From: a virus
Taxonomy: Duplodnaviria > Caudoviricetes
DNA length: 64,000 bases
Virus record (IMG/VR): IMGVR_UViG_3300032269_001670
Span: 1-64,000 of that record
Reading direction: 5' to 3' (one strand)
The notes under the pieces are model-generated. The model ran no database searches. It saw only the letters and a program-made list of their open reading frames with translations, and had not been told where the DNA came from. Both the position numbers and the translations under genes were made by a program. Below, piece by piece: positions 41,846 through 52,335 of the stretch; position 1 is the stretch's first letter, and each line of letters opens with the position of its first letter.

Positions 41846-42335
41846 TCACCTGTAAATTCTCTGCAACCTCATCTGCCCACATCTGCAACCTCTTGGCCAA
41901 CTCTTCCGGTGGAAGATTGTCAATCTCATGGGTGGCTTGATTAATTTGAATAGCCATATTTGTAGTGTTTTTAATGCTTTGGATACCTTCGCCCATGTAG
42001 GCGCCGGTTAACTTAGCAAGTCGGTCCACCACCTCAAGTTGAAGCTTAAGGAATACCGCCTCTTCCTTAGACCCACGAGCCCGAGCTGCACCAGCAGCGG
42101 CCATTTTTCCAATTAAGTTTACTCGCTGTGTAAGTTCCATTCGAGACTGAGCGGCGTCAGGGCCCTCCTCCGACCATTGTTTACGGATCACGTAAATGTG
42201 CTTGCGAACAGTTTCCGTTGACAGCTGCAATGCAGTGGCAATTTCGGGCAGGGGGACGCCTTGAAGGTGCAGTCCCTTGATCTTTTCCCGTAGAGCAGTA
42301 AGCTGCTCGGCGCCTACGCGCCCACGCTTTGCCAT
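41817..42335 (-). CDS. probable terminase small subunit (N-terminal HTH)
   Basis: HTH PLPEIATALQLSTETVRKHI; directly upstream of and overlapping terL; leaderless. Confidence 0.65.
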   Translation of the reverse strand: MAKRGRVGAEQLTALREKIKGLHLQGVPLPEIATALQLSTETVRKHIYVIRKQWSEEGPDAAQSRMELTQRVNLIGKMAAAGAARARGSKEEAVFLKLQLEVVDRLAKLTGAYMGEGIQSIKNTTNMAIQINQATHEIDNLPPEELAKRLQMWADEVAENLQVIDGTAEERK

Positions 42336-42356
42336 AAAGATAGTATACTGGCTCAT

Positions 42357-42608
42357 ATGCTACAGAGCACCCATTGCTACTTCTGCGCACAAATAGAAAA
42401 TCTGTTCTTGACACATGCGTGTGTAAAGTGCAAACAAAATCAATGGTCGTGCCCGCAGCACGCATTGGTTCGGGAAACTTGCTACAATTGCGGTCAGCAA
42501 GAAGCTCTTGTCAGGACATGCCTAAACTGTGGGCAAGAACTTTCTGATCAAAAGTGTAAACTTGTGTGCTCATGCGGCTACTTTGCCTCATGCTCAGACT
42601 ACTACTGA
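42357..42608 (+). CDS. small Cys-rich zinc-finger protein
   Basis: Multiple CxxC; C-terminal CLNCGQELSDQKCKLVCSCGYFASCSDYY. Confidence 0.6.
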   Translation: MLQSTHCYFCAQIENLFLTHACVKCKQNQWSCPQHALVRETCYNCGQQEALVRTCLNCGQELSDQKCKLVCSCGYFASCSDYY

Positions 42609-42615
42609 GGTGCAG

Positions 42616-42957
42616 ATGAACCGAACAAGAATTACTGGCGGAGATCTGCAGCGACTCCTCGCTAAAGACTACCCAGAGTATCGCAGCGTGACGGAGGCTT
42701 GCCGGGTTGCCTCGCCGGATTTTGGCCTTACACCAGAGACCATGCGATGCTATGCGGCAGCAGGGGTCCCCATGCGAAGCAGGGCATATAACAAAATTAG
42801 GTCTAGGCTGATGGCTATCGATCAAGAGGAGGCAGAAGCCATGGTCACGGTCACGGTGGCGACTAAGAAGCTTTCCGAGGCTATTGACCTTCAAGTCAGG
42901 GCCTTTGAGGCTGCGGCCGCGTCGCTTCGCAAGCTCCGAGGCGATCTTAACGGGTAG
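42616..42957 (+). CDS. hypothetical protein with possible HTH and coiled coil
   Basis: 113 aa; RBS GAGGTG. Confidence 0.6.
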   Translation: MNRTRITGGDLQRLLAKDYPEYRSVTEACRVASPDFGLTPETMRCYAAAGVPMRSRAYNKIRSRLMAIDQEEAEAMVTVTVATKKLSEAIDLQVRAFEAAAASLRKLRGDLNG

Positions 42958-43004
42958 AAGGCGGCTACCTTGCGGGTGGCCATGAAAAACCATAGGATTC
43001 CTTC

Positions 43005-43352
43005 ATGAGCAATTCCACTTACGACATTGTCGCGCAACAGGGTTCCGATTATTCCGTTACCTTGACGTACAACGATTCAAGCAACGTGGCGATCAATTTG
43101 ACTGGCTACACTGCTCGGATGCAGGTGCGAAAGGTGGCATCGTCGCCCTATGCGTACCTTACATTGACAAACTCTTCTGGGATGACACTTGGTGGGGCCG
43201 CCGGAACTGTTGCGATTAATGTGCCCGCTGCGGCTTTGGCCAGCATCCCTGCCGGCTCTTACGTCTACGATGTCGAGCTCGTATCAGGCAGTGGAGCTGT
43301 TGTTAAGCCAATTGTTGGGGCGTTTATTATTTCTGCGGAGGTTACTCGATGA
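43005..43352 (+). CDS. virion structural protein (tail-fibre or baseplate associated)
   Basis: QGSDYSVTLTY...NLTGYTARMQVR...YVYDVEL...G.F.IS.EVTR. Confidence 0.7.
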   Translation: MSNSTYDIVAQQGSDYSVTLTYNDSSNVAINLTGYTARMQVRKVASSPYAYLTLTNSSGMTLGGAAGTVAINVPAAALASIPAGSYVYDVELVSGSGAVVKPIVGAFIISAEVTR

Positions 43353-43666
43353 GCGACAACAATATTACAGTTACGCAAAGAAATAATACGGTTTTGGTGC
43401 AAACAGTAAGCCAACCCAATTCTGTTTCAGTGCAAACACCTGGCCCCCAGGGGCCGCCTGGAATTGGTACATTTTCAACGTACACGCACAATCAAGCGTA
43501 TCCAGCCTCAGTTTGGACTATAACTCACAATTTAAACTGCAGGCCAAGCGTAACAATTGTAGATTCTGCGGGTACTGTAGTTTTTGGAGATGTCGAGTAT
43601 CTTAGCGCAAACGAGATTCGCGTGACCTTTGTCGCTGCCTTTGCCGGCAAAGCATACCTAAACTAA
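43349..43666 (+). CDS. small tail-fibre-associated protein
   Basis: YTHNQ..PASVWTITHNL...PSVTIVD...GDVEY...FAGKAYLN. Confidence 0.7.
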   Translation: MSDNNITVTQRNNTVLVQTVSQPNSVSVQTPGPQGPPGIGTFSTYTHNQAYPASVWTITHNLNCRPSVTIVDSAGTVVFGDVEYLSANEIRVTFVAAFAGKAYLN

Positions 43667-43676
43667 GGAGAGAAAA

Positions 43677-45701
43677 GTGGCAACAAAGTTCCTAACCAGC
43701 CTTGATCTCAGCAAAAATGAGTTGCAGAATGCGGTAATCCAGAATCTCGGTACCGCGCCGTCGACGGGTCTCGTTGATGGACTCATCTACTACGACACGT
43801 TCCTTGATGTTCTTCGCGTCTACGCAAATGGCGCATGGGCAACTCTTTCAACTAGCGCAGGCACGGTTACATCCGTTTCCGGAACAGGAGCAATTTCTTC
43901 AACTGGCGGAACCACCCCAACCATCAGCATTGCTGATGGTTCAACCACCGTTAAGGGTGCCGTACAACTAGAGGACTCCGTATCCAGCACATCAACAAGC
44001 AAGGCAGCAACGCCTGCGTCCGTCAAGTCTGCTTATGACCTTGCCAATGGTAAGGCTAACCCAGGCGATACACATTATGTTGGAACTACTGCAGTTGCTC
44101 TAAACCGAGCCTCTGCAAACCTTGCGTTAACTGGTATTTCTAGCGTTACGCTTCCAGGTTCAACTTCGGGTACTGCACAGATTATCCCAACGGCTGTTGC
44201 CGGAACCGGCACCGTCATTACGCTTCCGGCCACAACTGGTACGGTTGCGTTGACCGGAAACAAGCTCAGCGTATTTGCTGCAACATCCTCTTCTGAGCTT
44301 GCCGGGGTTATCTCTGACGAAACCGGTAGCGGCGCTCTTGTATTTGCCAACACGCCAACGCTTGTAACTCCAATTCTTGGCACGCCAACAAGCGCAACAT
44401 TGACAAACGCGACTGGCCTTCCTATCAGCACAGGCGTTTCTGGCCTTGGCACGGGCGTAGCAACGTTTCTTGCCACGCCGTCTTCGGCAAACCTAGTAGC
44501 AGCGGTAACCGATGAGACTGGCTCTGGCGCGCTGGTATTTGCCACCAGCCCAACGTTGGTTACGCCAGTTCTCGGCACGCCAACAAGCGCTACGCTCACC
44601 AATGCAACTGGCTTGCCAATCAGCACGGGTGTTTCTGGCCTTGGAACTGGCGTTGCCACGTTCCTTGCCACGCCGTCTTCGGCAAACCTCATCTCTGCCA
44701 TTACCGACGAGACCGGAACTGGTGCGCTGGTATTTGCTAATACCCCAACGCTTGTTACGCCAACAATTGGCGTTGCCACTGCAACATCCGTCAACAAGGT
44801 AGCCATTACGGCTCCTGCAACAAGCGCAACTCTTGCGCTTGCTGATGGCAGCACGCTTGCAACCTCTGGCGCATATGGCGTTACGCTGACTGCAACCGGC
44901 ACAACTGCGCTTACGCTCCCAATTTCAGGAACTCTTGCCACGCAGGCATATGTTGACGGCGTTGCCACCGGCCTTGACGTCAAGGCTTCGGTTCGAGCAG
45001 CAACAACTGCGAACATCACCCTAAGCGGCGCTCAGACAATTGACGGAGTTTCCGTTGTTGCTGGCAACCGAGTCCTTGTAAAGAATCAATCTACTGCGTC
45101 GCAGAACGGCATTTACGTTGCCGCTTCTGGCTCTTGGACCCGCGCAACTGATGCCAACGAAGATTCTGAGGTAACTGCTGGCTTGTTTACCTTCGTTGAA
45201 GAGGGTGGCACAAACGCAGACAGCGGTTGGATTCTCACGACAGACGGTGCAATTACCGTCGGCACCACCGGATTGACCTTTGTGCAGTTCTCTGGCGCTG
45301 GCCAGGTTACTGCTGGTGATGGTCTTACCAAGACCGGTAATACGCTCAATGTTGTTGGAACAGCGGATAGAATTACGGTCGCCGCTGACTCAATTGACAT
45401 TGCCAGCACCTATGCAGGTCAGTCAACCATCACCACACTTGGCACCATCGGCACCGGTACCTGGCAGGGCACGGCAATTGCCTCAACCTACGGCGGAGCG
45501 CTTCGTTACAACACGAGCGCAACCTGGACTGCTGGGGAGGCTAAGGCAATTACGCACAGCCTTGGAACCAAAAGCGTGATCGTTGCCATCTACGACAGCT
45601 CCGACAACGCCGTCTTTGCTGACGTCGTCACCACAAGCACAAGCGTGGTTACGATCACAATCAGCCTTGCAGGGACGTACAGAGTCGTCGTTATCGGGTA
45701 A
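43677..45701 (+). CDS. tail fibre protein with 65-aa tandem repeats
   Basis: Thr/Gly/Ala-rich; repeat starts at 44316, 44511, 44706; GLDVKASVRAATTANITLSGAQTIDG...RVLVKNQ...NGIY domain. Confidence 0.8.
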   Translation: MATKFLTSLDLSKNELQNAVIQNLGTAPSTGLVDGLIYYDTFLDVLRVYANGAWATLSTSAGTVTSVSGTGAISSTGGTTPTISIADGSTTVKGAVQLEDSVSSTSTSKAATPASVKSAYDLANGKANPGDTHYVGTTAVALNRASANLALTGISSVTLPGSTSGTAQIIPTAVAGTGTVITLPATTGTVALTGNKLSVFAATSSSELAGVISDETGSGALVFANTPTLVTPILGTPTSATLTNATGLPISTGVSGLGTGVATFLATPSSANLVAAVTDETGSGALVFATSPTLVTPVLGTPTSATLTNATGLPISTGVSGLGTGVATFLATPSSANLISAITDETGTGALVFANTPTLVTPTIGVATATSVNKVAITAPATSATLALADGSTLATSGAYGVTLTATGTTALTLPISGTLATQAYVDGVATGLDVKASVRAATTANITLSGAQTIDGVSVVAGNRVLVKNQSTASQNGIYVAASGSWTRATDANEDSEVTAGLFTFVEEGGTNADSGWILTTDGAITVGTTGLTFVQFSGAGQVTAGDGLTKTGNTLNVVGTADRITVAADSIDIASTYAGQSTITTLGTIGTGTWQGTAIASTYGGALRYNTSATWTAGEAKAITHSLGTKSVIVAIYDSSDNAVFADVVTTSTSVVTITISLAGTYRVVVIG

Positions 45702-45710
45702 GATAGGCCT

Positions 45711-48700
45711 ATGACAAAGTTCGTAGGCAATACTATTACCCTTCCAACACTGGCAACGGCCCCGTCGTCCCCGGCAGCTGGAGACACTTATTACAACACC
45801 ACGGACAACACCGCCTATGTCTATAACGGCACATCTTGGGTAGACCTTGCTGCATCCGGCGGAGGCTCAGGCGATATTACCGATGTCGTCGCTGGAGCTG
45901 GCCTCACGGGCGGTGCAAGCACTGGTTCTGCGACTCTTGATGTTGGCGCCGGCACTGGCATCATCGTCAATGCTGACGATGTGGCAATTGATACATCCGT
46001 TGTTGCGCGTAAGTCTGACAAGCTATCCGTATTTGCTGCAACTACATCTGCAGAACTTGCTGGAGTTATTTCAAACGAGACTGGTTCTGGTGCACTGGTT
46101 TTTGGGACTGGACCAACAATTTCCCTTCCAATTATTGACAATCCAAAAATTGGATACACCACCCAGGCAACGGCTGCATCAACGCTGACGCTTACTAGCG
46201 CATCAAACTATTATCAATACTTTACTGGAACGACTGCTTCACAAGTTGTTGTATTGCCAGTCACCAGCACACTTGCACTTGGTCAGCAATATGAGATTAA
46301 TAACAACTCAACGCAATCTATTGCAGTTCAGTCATCTGGCTTAAATGCAATAGTTACTGTTTACCGTGGAATGACTTATCGGTTTACTTGTATTCTTACA
46401 TCAGGAACAACTGCTGCCTCTTGGGAGTATGAAATTGTTGGTGTTAATACTGTTACTGGTGTTACTGGATCGCCTTCAAATTTAGTTTTTAGTTATGCTC
46501 CGAATATTGACCAGGCATATCTAACTTCACCACAAATTTATGGCGGCTTGCAAATGGGGCAGACAACGGTTGTTACCGCAGGGGGGACAACAAACCCAGG
46601 TGGAAGTGGTTCCGTATTCTATAGGTTTACTGGCACATCAACACAAACAATGACGATGCCTGCGTCTTCTGCAAATATGGGATACGCGTGGATTATTCAA
46701 AATTTTAGCACAGGCGATGTTACCGTTAACGCGTCTGCCGGCGGAACGATTGTGGTGCTCAAAACAAATCAGCAAGTACTACTCCACGCAACAAGCACCA
46801 CGCCAACAACCCCTTCGCTGTGGGATATTATTTACCTTGGCGCACCAACTTATACTGGTACTGGTTCAAGCGTATTTGCCACCAGCCCAACGCTGGTAAC
46901 TCCTAATCTTGGGACACCAAGTGCCATTAACCTATCCAATGCAACAAGCCTTGCTGATGCTGCCCTTGCGGCAACGGGAACGGCTGGAACTTACACCAAA
47001 GTAACAACAGACGCTAAAGGTCGCGTAAGCAGCGGTACAACGCTTTCAGAATCTGATATACCAACTCTTAGCACCGTTGGGAAGGTTTCTAACTCCGCGA
47101 CTACTGCTGCGTCTGCAAATACGGCAAGCGCCATTGTTGCTCGTGATGCAAGCGGAAACTTTACGGCGGGAACTATTACCGCAACAACTGTAACCGGTCT
47201 TTCCGCGCCATCTTCAAGCACAGATGCAGTTAACAAGGCATATGTTGATTCGTTCTCTGTTGGACTCAATTGGCACGCAGCTGTTAAGGTTGTGCAAACT
47301 GGAAATACATCAGGAGTTTATACCGCCGGGACGAGCGGATTTGATGGCGGAACAGGCGTAGGTGCATACATTGAGGCTGCCGTCAATGGGCCAATATCTT
47401 CAAGTGCCGTTGACGGATATAGTTCATGGGTTCTTGGAGACCGTTTACTATATGTTGGAAATACTAATGCCACAACTAACGGAATCTACAAGCTTACTAA
47501 CTTAGGAAGCGCAAGCTCAAAATGGCGTTTCACTCGAGCAACAGATTTTGATGGAAGCAGCCCAACAGCAATCGTCATGGCCGGAGATGCCGTCTATGTT
47601 ATTAACGGAACAACTTATGGAAAGAGCGCTTGGGCAGTAAACTCTATTGGAACTGGGACAGATAACAACATTATTGTCGGAACAGATACCATTGATTTTG
47701 CTCAGTTTAACGGTGCTGCAACGCTTACGGCAGGGGCAGGTCTTCTTACCACTGGTAACACCATTGATGTCGTTGCTGGAACAGGCATTACAACTTCAGG
47801 GGATCAAGTATCTATTGATAGCACAGTAGCAACGCTTGCTGGAACACAAGCCATTACCAACAAGACTTCGTACAATAAAGTTGCAATCACAGCTCCAGCA
47901 ACCAGCGCCACTCTTGCGCTGGCTGATGGAAGCACCCTAGCCACGTCAGGTGCATTTTCTACAACGCTAACGGCAACGGCAACCACTAACGCCACGCTTC
48001 CTTCTGGCACCACGACGCTTGCGTCAAATGTAACGACAACAATTGGAGATGTTATTTATGCTTCGGCAACTAGTGTCCCAGGAACACTAGCCAGGCTTGC
48101 CGGAAACACTGCAGCTCAACCGTCATTCCTTTCATCAACTGGTAACGGCACGGCGAATACATCAACTGCATTTACTTCCAGCACCGGTAGCGGCAATGTG
48201 GTGCTTGCAAATAGCCCAACGCTAACAACGCCAAGCCTTGGAGCCGCCACAGCAACCTCAATCAACGGGACCACAATCCCGTCTTCCGCAACCCTAGTCA
48301 CGAGCGTCACTGGCACTGCAAATCAGGTGGTTGCAAGTACAAGTACTGGAGCCGTAACGCTCAGCCTTCCGCAGTCCATTGGCACGACTAACAGTCCGCT
48401 ATTCAAGACCATCAAAATCACACCAGATACTGATGCTTCAATCACATCGTCTGATGGTGAGTTTGTTTATCGGAATGACGAATACTCACGGCTCACCTTC
48501 AATGTTGCAGGAACAGAGAAGCAGGTGTATCCAGTGCCAGGAGCGACATCATCAACTGCTGGCGCTGTTATACTCAGCGCTTCAACCAGCGACACTAGTT
48601 CAACTACGGCAGCAACACCAAGTGCCGTAAAATCTGCATACGACTTGGCCGCAGCAGCCGTGCCACAAACACGCACGATCACTGGATCGTTTCCAGTGTA

Positions 48701-49412
48701 CGCCAACGGAGTGGCTGGAACCGCAATCCCATTGAGCGGAAACATCACGATCAGCGTCGCTGATGCGTCAGCAACAACTTCTGGCGTGACAAATGTGATT
48801 ACCACATTTGACACGACATCACCGTATCCACCCAGCGGGTACGCTATCAACAACTACTACAGCAGCGTGTTGGGAAGTTACGCGGTCACTTCATACTTCC
48901 AGTCAGTTTTCTATGGATCGTCATCGGTTCTTGCAACACATCCGCGCGAAGTACTCACCACGACCAATGCCAACACCAGCGGCACGCTGATCCTGACGCA
49001 GTTCCGTCCGATGAAGTCCTTCAGCGTGACGAACATTTCGGTCACATCAGGAGCAACTGCATCAGCATCGTTGACATACTGCGCCTTCGGCATCTACACG
49101 CGCAGCGGCACAACCTTCACGCGCGTACGAATCACTGCAAGCGACACCACCATCTTCAACACCGCTAACACCAAGTACACGCGAGCGCTGACCAGCACCT
49201 ACTCAGTCACCGCTGGTGTCGAGTACTTTATTGGCGTGCTTCAAGTCGGAACGACAATGGCAACCACGCTTGGGGCGACGGCTCGTGCTGATACAGCAGC
49301 GAACGCCGCAACTGGGGTGCAGGTCTACACGGTCGCCAGCCAAACCACATTAGGTACCGCGCTTACGGGTACAGCCCACGCAACACGTGCAGACTTTGCG
49401 GAGGTGTCGTAA
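45711..49412 (+). CDS. long tail fibre protein
   Basis: 1233 aa, Thr/Ser/Gly-rich; shares modules with 43677-45701. Confidence 0.8.
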   Translation: MTKFVGNTITLPTLATAPSSPAAGDTYYNTTDNTAYVYNGTSWVDLAASGGGSGDITDVVAGAGLTGGASTGSATLDVGAGTGIIVNADDVAIDTSVVARKSDKLSVFAATTSAELAGVISNETGSGALVFGTGPTISLPIIDNPKIGYTTQATAASTLTLTSASNYYQYFTGTTASQVVVLPVTSTLALGQQYEINNNSTQSIAVQSSGLNAIVTVYRGMTYRFTCILTSGTTAASWEYEIVGVNTVTGVTGSPSNLVFSYAPNIDQAYLTSPQIYGGLQMGQTTVVTAGGTTNPGGSGSVFYRFTGTSTQTMTMPASSANMGYAWIIQNFSTGDVTVNASAGGTIVVLKTNQQVLLHATSTTPTTPSLWDIIYLGAPTYTGTGSSVFATSPTLVTPNLGTPSAINLSNATSLADAALAATGTAGTYTKVTTDAKGRVSSGTTLSESDIPTLSTVGKVSNSATTAASANTASAIVARDASGNFTAGTITATTVTGLSAPSSSTDAVNKAYVDSFSVGLNWHAAVKVVQTGNTSGVYTAGTSGFDGGTGVGAYIEAAVNGPISSSAVDGYSSWVLGDRLLYVGNTNATTNGIYKLTNLGSASSKWRFTRATDFDGSSPTAIVMAGDAVYVINGTTYGKSAWAVNSIGTGTDNNIIVGTDTIDFAQFNGAATLTAGAGLLTTGNTIDVVAGTGITTSGDQVSIDSTVATLAGTQAITNKTSYNKVAITAPATSATLALADGSTLATSGAFSTTLTATATTNATLPSGTTTLASNVTTTIGDVIYASATSVPGTLARLAGNTAAQPSFLSSTGNGTANTSTAFTSSTGSGNVVLANSPTLTTPSLGAATATSINGTTIPSSATLVTSVTGTANQVVASTSTGAVTLSLPQSIGTTNSPLFKTIKITPDTDASITSSDGEFVYRNDEYSRLTFNVAGTEKQVYPVPGATSSTAGAVILSASTSDTSSTTAATPSAVKSAYDLAAAAVPQTRTITGSFPVYANGVAGTAIPLSGNITISVADASATTSGVTNVITTFDTTSPYPPSGYAINNYYSSVLGSYAVTSYFQSVFYGSSSVLATHPREVLTTTNANTSGTLILTQFRPMKSFSVTNISVTSGATASASLTYCAFGIYTRSGTTFTRVRITASDTTIFNTANTKYTRALTSTYSVTAGVEYFIGVLQVGTTMATTLGATARADTAANAATGVQVYTVASQTTLGTALTGTAHATRADFAEVS

Positions 49413-49543
49413 TGGCAGTGATCACTGAGCCAGCCTATCTAGACGAGCAAACTGGTATGCTCACCGAGATCGTCCGAGACGCAGAGACTGGCGAGATCAT
49501 CGGCAAGAATGAGCGTATGCCTGAACCAGTTATCGGGAATTGA
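49412..49543 (+). CDS. small protein, possibly a fibre assembly factor
   Basis: 43 aa; start overlaps fibre stop; RBS GGAGG. Confidence 0.5.
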   Translation: MAVITEPAYLDEQTGMLTEIVRDAETGEIIGKNERMPEPVIGN

Positions 49544-49679
49544 TCTCAGAGCTCTATCAAGCCATTGACGCAAAAGACGCATTCTGCTGCCACTATTCGG
49601 CAGTGGAAGAAAATGTAAAGTGTCCGCCGCTGCACAACTGTCAACTGTGCAATGACGTACATCTTGGATAGGGGGAGTT

Positions 49680-49874
49680 ATGGACCAGCAAATTAGTCCG
49701 GAAGCGATGTTTATGAAAATTGGCGTTCTATCGATTGAGATTGATATGATGCGAGCAACAATTGTGCAGCTTAAAAACGAACTTGATGAGGCCCATGAGC
49801 GCATTAAGGAATTTGAGAAGAACACTCCAGTGAAGCCGGCAGTGACGGCTTCTTTTAAATCAATCAGCGATTAA
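49680..49874 (+). CDS. small coiled-coil protein
   Basis: 64 aa; RBS GGGGGAG. Confidence 0.55.
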   Translation: MDQQISPEAMFMKIGVLSIEIDMMRATIVQLKNELDEAHERIKEFEKNTPVKPAVTASFKSISD

Positions 49875-50004
49875 GATAATCTTTCTGTATTAGGAAAGTC
49901 TGTCGGTCATAACCGGCAGACTTTTTATTTGTTGAACGTTAAGTTTTCATCACATATATTGTACCTGTCAATTCCACTTGCGCAGAGCATGATGAGGTGC
50001 AAAT

Positions 50005-50190
50005 GTGACTGCAAGCCAAGCCCACCAAATCCTAGATCGCCTTGAAAAAATCGAGGAAGAAATTTCTGCCATGCGTGTTGAGATGGCAGAAACTCGTGGT
50101 GCCTACCGACTTGCCAAGTTCATCATTGGCATTCTTGGCCTTACCGGCATCAGCAGCTTTGTCGCCTGGATGGCAGGGCAGGGAAAATGA
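50005..50190 (+). CDS. small membrane protein (XhlA/holin-like)
   Basis: Coiled-coil N-terminus and C-terminal TM segment. Confidence 0.55.
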   Translation: MTASQAHQILDRLEKIEEEISAMRVEMAETRGAYRLAKFIIGILGLTGISSFVAWMAGQGK

Positions 50191-51665
50191 GCATCAAACT
50201 AACCTCTATTGCTGCAATTATTTGGCTTACTCTAGCGACTCTTTTCTACGGCGCAGTAGCAAACCCGGTTTCCGGAAGTCAAAATAGCTACGTAGATCGC
50301 ACACAAGATTTTTGGATTACCGTTCCAGAGCAAAGTTTGCTGCATATTTGGACCGACCTGTGCGATAACACCAACAGTGGCTGGTGCGGCGGCATTGTTG
50401 ACTCCATGCTATGGCTGTACGACGGCCAAGGAAATTTGATTGCTGCCAATGACGATTCATATACCGACCACACCGGTGGATATTCTCTTGCATCTACTAT
50501 CCGCGTTTCCGTTCCGGCAGGGGATTATCGCATTCGTGCGGGCGTATGTTGTGGCGATCCAGCGGCCGACCGTTTCTATGGCAATCATTACTACATGATC
50601 AGCAACTTTGAGGCTGAGCTTGCCCCCGGAACACCATCGGCAACGTGGACCCCAACCCTACCGCCAACGCCTACGCCAACCCCTGAGCCGACCCCAACCC
50701 CAACTCCTGAGCCAACCCCGACGCCCGTCCCAGACCCATACCTAAACGCCCCAACTGGACTGCTGATAACTGTTTATAGCGATGGCAGTGTTTCCCTCAT
50801 TTGGGATGCACCAGAGGCAAGCGGTACGAATGTCGAGAGATACGCTGTCTCCTGGACTACCGGAGACGCCCTCGGCTGGGGTGCCGCATCACTTGAAACA
50901 AACATGACAATTTCTAACGGTGTGTTTATTCAGACCGGTGGTGTCAACGCAAATTACACATTCTGGATTAGGGCTGACAATGACACCCTTGGCGTTTATT
51001 CGCCCTCGTCAGTGCCGGTTTCTGTGTTTGTTCCTGCGCCTCCGCCACCAACCCCAAGTCCTACACCTGAGCCAACCCCAACGCCGACTCCTGAGCCCAC
51101 GCCAGAGCCTACCCCCACTCCGACACCAGAACCGCCAACACCAAGCCCCAGCGTGGCTCCTACCCCCCTTCCAGAGCCTTCTGTGACGCCGTCCCCAACA
51201 CCGCGTCCAAGCCATAGCCCGGAGGTAACCCATGTACCAGTTCCGTCCCCGACTCCCACACCCGAGCCGACGCCCGAGCCGACGGCCACCCCTACGGAAT
51301 CTCCGACCCCTTCTGTTGATCCCAGCCCTGTACCTACTGACACACCTGGACCCATTGATCCGGGCGCTGCTGTGGGGGCGGTAACGGAGGCCGTTGGGGA
51401 AGCTGCCGCAGCTATTGCAGACACCATCAGCAATAGTGTAGAAAATGTTGGTAAAGCTGTCACTGCAATTACCAATCTTGGCAAGGACCTCTCGCCGGAG
51501 GAGAAGAAAAAGGCCGCACCGGTTGTGGTTGCGGCTGTTGTAGTGACGCAAGTAGCCCAAGCTGCAGCAGCTGCTGCAAGCGCGGCAAGCGCTGCTCGAA
51601 CGACTGGTGGAGGTGGCTCCACATCGTCTGGCGGTGGAGATAAACCAAGGAGAAACCGCAAATGA
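50187..51665 (+). CDS. exported membrane-anchored protein: PPC-like domain, FN3-like domain, long Pro-Thr repeats
   Basis: Signal peptide; [16 protein letters not shown]; APTGL...SLIWDAP; (PT/PEPT)n; C-terminal hydrophobic helix. Confidence 0.75.
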   Translation: MSIKLTSIAAIIWLTLATLFYGAVANPVSGSQNSYVDRTQDFWITVPEQSLLHIWTDLCDNTNSGWCGGIVDSMLWLYDGQGNLIAANDDSYTDHTGGYSLASTIRVSVPAGDYRIRAGVCCGDPAADRFYGNHYYMISNFEAELAPGTPSATWTPTLPPTPTPTPEPTPTPTPEPTPTPVPDPYLNAPTGLLITVYSDGSVSLIWDAPEASGTNVERYAVSWTTGDALGWGAASLETNMTISNGVFIQTGGVNANYTFWIRADNDTLGVYSPSSVPVSVFVPAPPPPTPSPTPEPTPTPTPEPTPEPTPTPTPEPPTPSPSVAPTPLPEPSVTPSPTPRPSHSPEVTHVPVPSPTPTPEPTPEPTATPTESPTPSVDPSPVPTDTPGPIDPGAAVGAVTEAVGEAAAAIADTISNSVENVGKAVTAITNLGKDLSPEEKKKAAPVVVAAVVVTQVAQAAAAAASAASAARTTGGGGSTSSGGGDKPRRNRK

Positions 51666-51838
51666 TTAAAAACGCTGTAAATGACATTATTGCAGGTGGG
51701 TGGACAATCTTTGGTTTGGCCATCGCCTGGGCAGTACTTCCAGAGGGTGAGACCCGCGACGTTGTGGGTTCGATCCTGCTTGCACTATCGGGTGCCTGGC
51801 TCATCACCGGCCCCCTTCGCTGGCGCGAAGACGACTAA
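51662..51838 (+). CDS. small two-TM membrane protein
   Basis: 58 aa; RBS AAGGAG. Confidence 0.6.
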   Translation: MIKNAVNDIIAGGWTIFGLAIAWAVLPEGETRDVVGSILLALSGAWLITGPLRWREDD

Positions 51839-51853
51839 TCGCCCATAGGGCAT

Positions 51854-51890
51854 AAAAAGAGGAGGGGCCTCATAGGGCCCCTCCTCTTTT
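51854..51890. terminator. bidirectional intrinsic terminator
   Basis: AAAAAGAGGAGGGGCC...GGCCCCTCCTCTTTT between convergent operons. Confidence 0.9.
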
Positions 51891-51907
51891 AGTTTACCCG
51901 ATTATGA

Positions 51908-52321
51908 TCAGCCCTGGTGGCCGTCATCCTCAAGGTTCTGGAGCTCAGCATGATCTTCGTTGGCAAGGGTGCCAGCAAGTTCATCTGCAATTCCGTCTCC
52001 ATCGGTATCGATTGCGCTGCCGGTAATGTGAGCCGTGCTCTCGGCAGCCGCCTTCTCTTCAGCCTTAGCAACCTTAGCCTTGCCAACGCCAAACTTGGCA
52101 TCTTCAGGGTTCAAGGCGCGAACGACTACCTGCAAGCAGGCGGCCAATCCGGCTGAAACTACGGTTCGGAAGTCGTTGCCTGAAATATCAAGCAGCGGAA
52201 TACCAAGACCAAGCGCAACGGCAATTGACGTTGCAATAAAGGCGCGTGCGGCTTCCAGGAGCATCTCGTCGATACCCGTGTTGGCCGCGATCCATAGAAC
52301 TGCGTTCTTAATGGCGCTCAT
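51908..52321 (-). CDS. putative holin
   Basis: Two TM segments; directly downstream of the endolysin; acidic tail with DTDGDG. Confidence 0.6.
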   Translation of the reverse strand: MSAIKNAVLWIAANTGIDEMLLEAARAFIATSIAVALGLGIPLLDISGNDFRTVVSAGLAACLQVVVRALNPEDAKFGVGKAKVAKAEEKAAAESTAHITGSAIDTDGDGIADELAGTLANEDHAELQNLEDDGHQG

Positions 52322-52335
52322 GTTTTCTCCTTTAC

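Noticed and set aside
44075-45019. 314-aa minus-strand ORF
   Set aside because: Antisense shadow of the repetitive tail fibre gene.
50996-51661. Minus-strand Gly/Val-rich ORFs of 221 and 183 aa
   Set aside because: Reverse complement of the Pro-Thr repeat region of 50187-51665.
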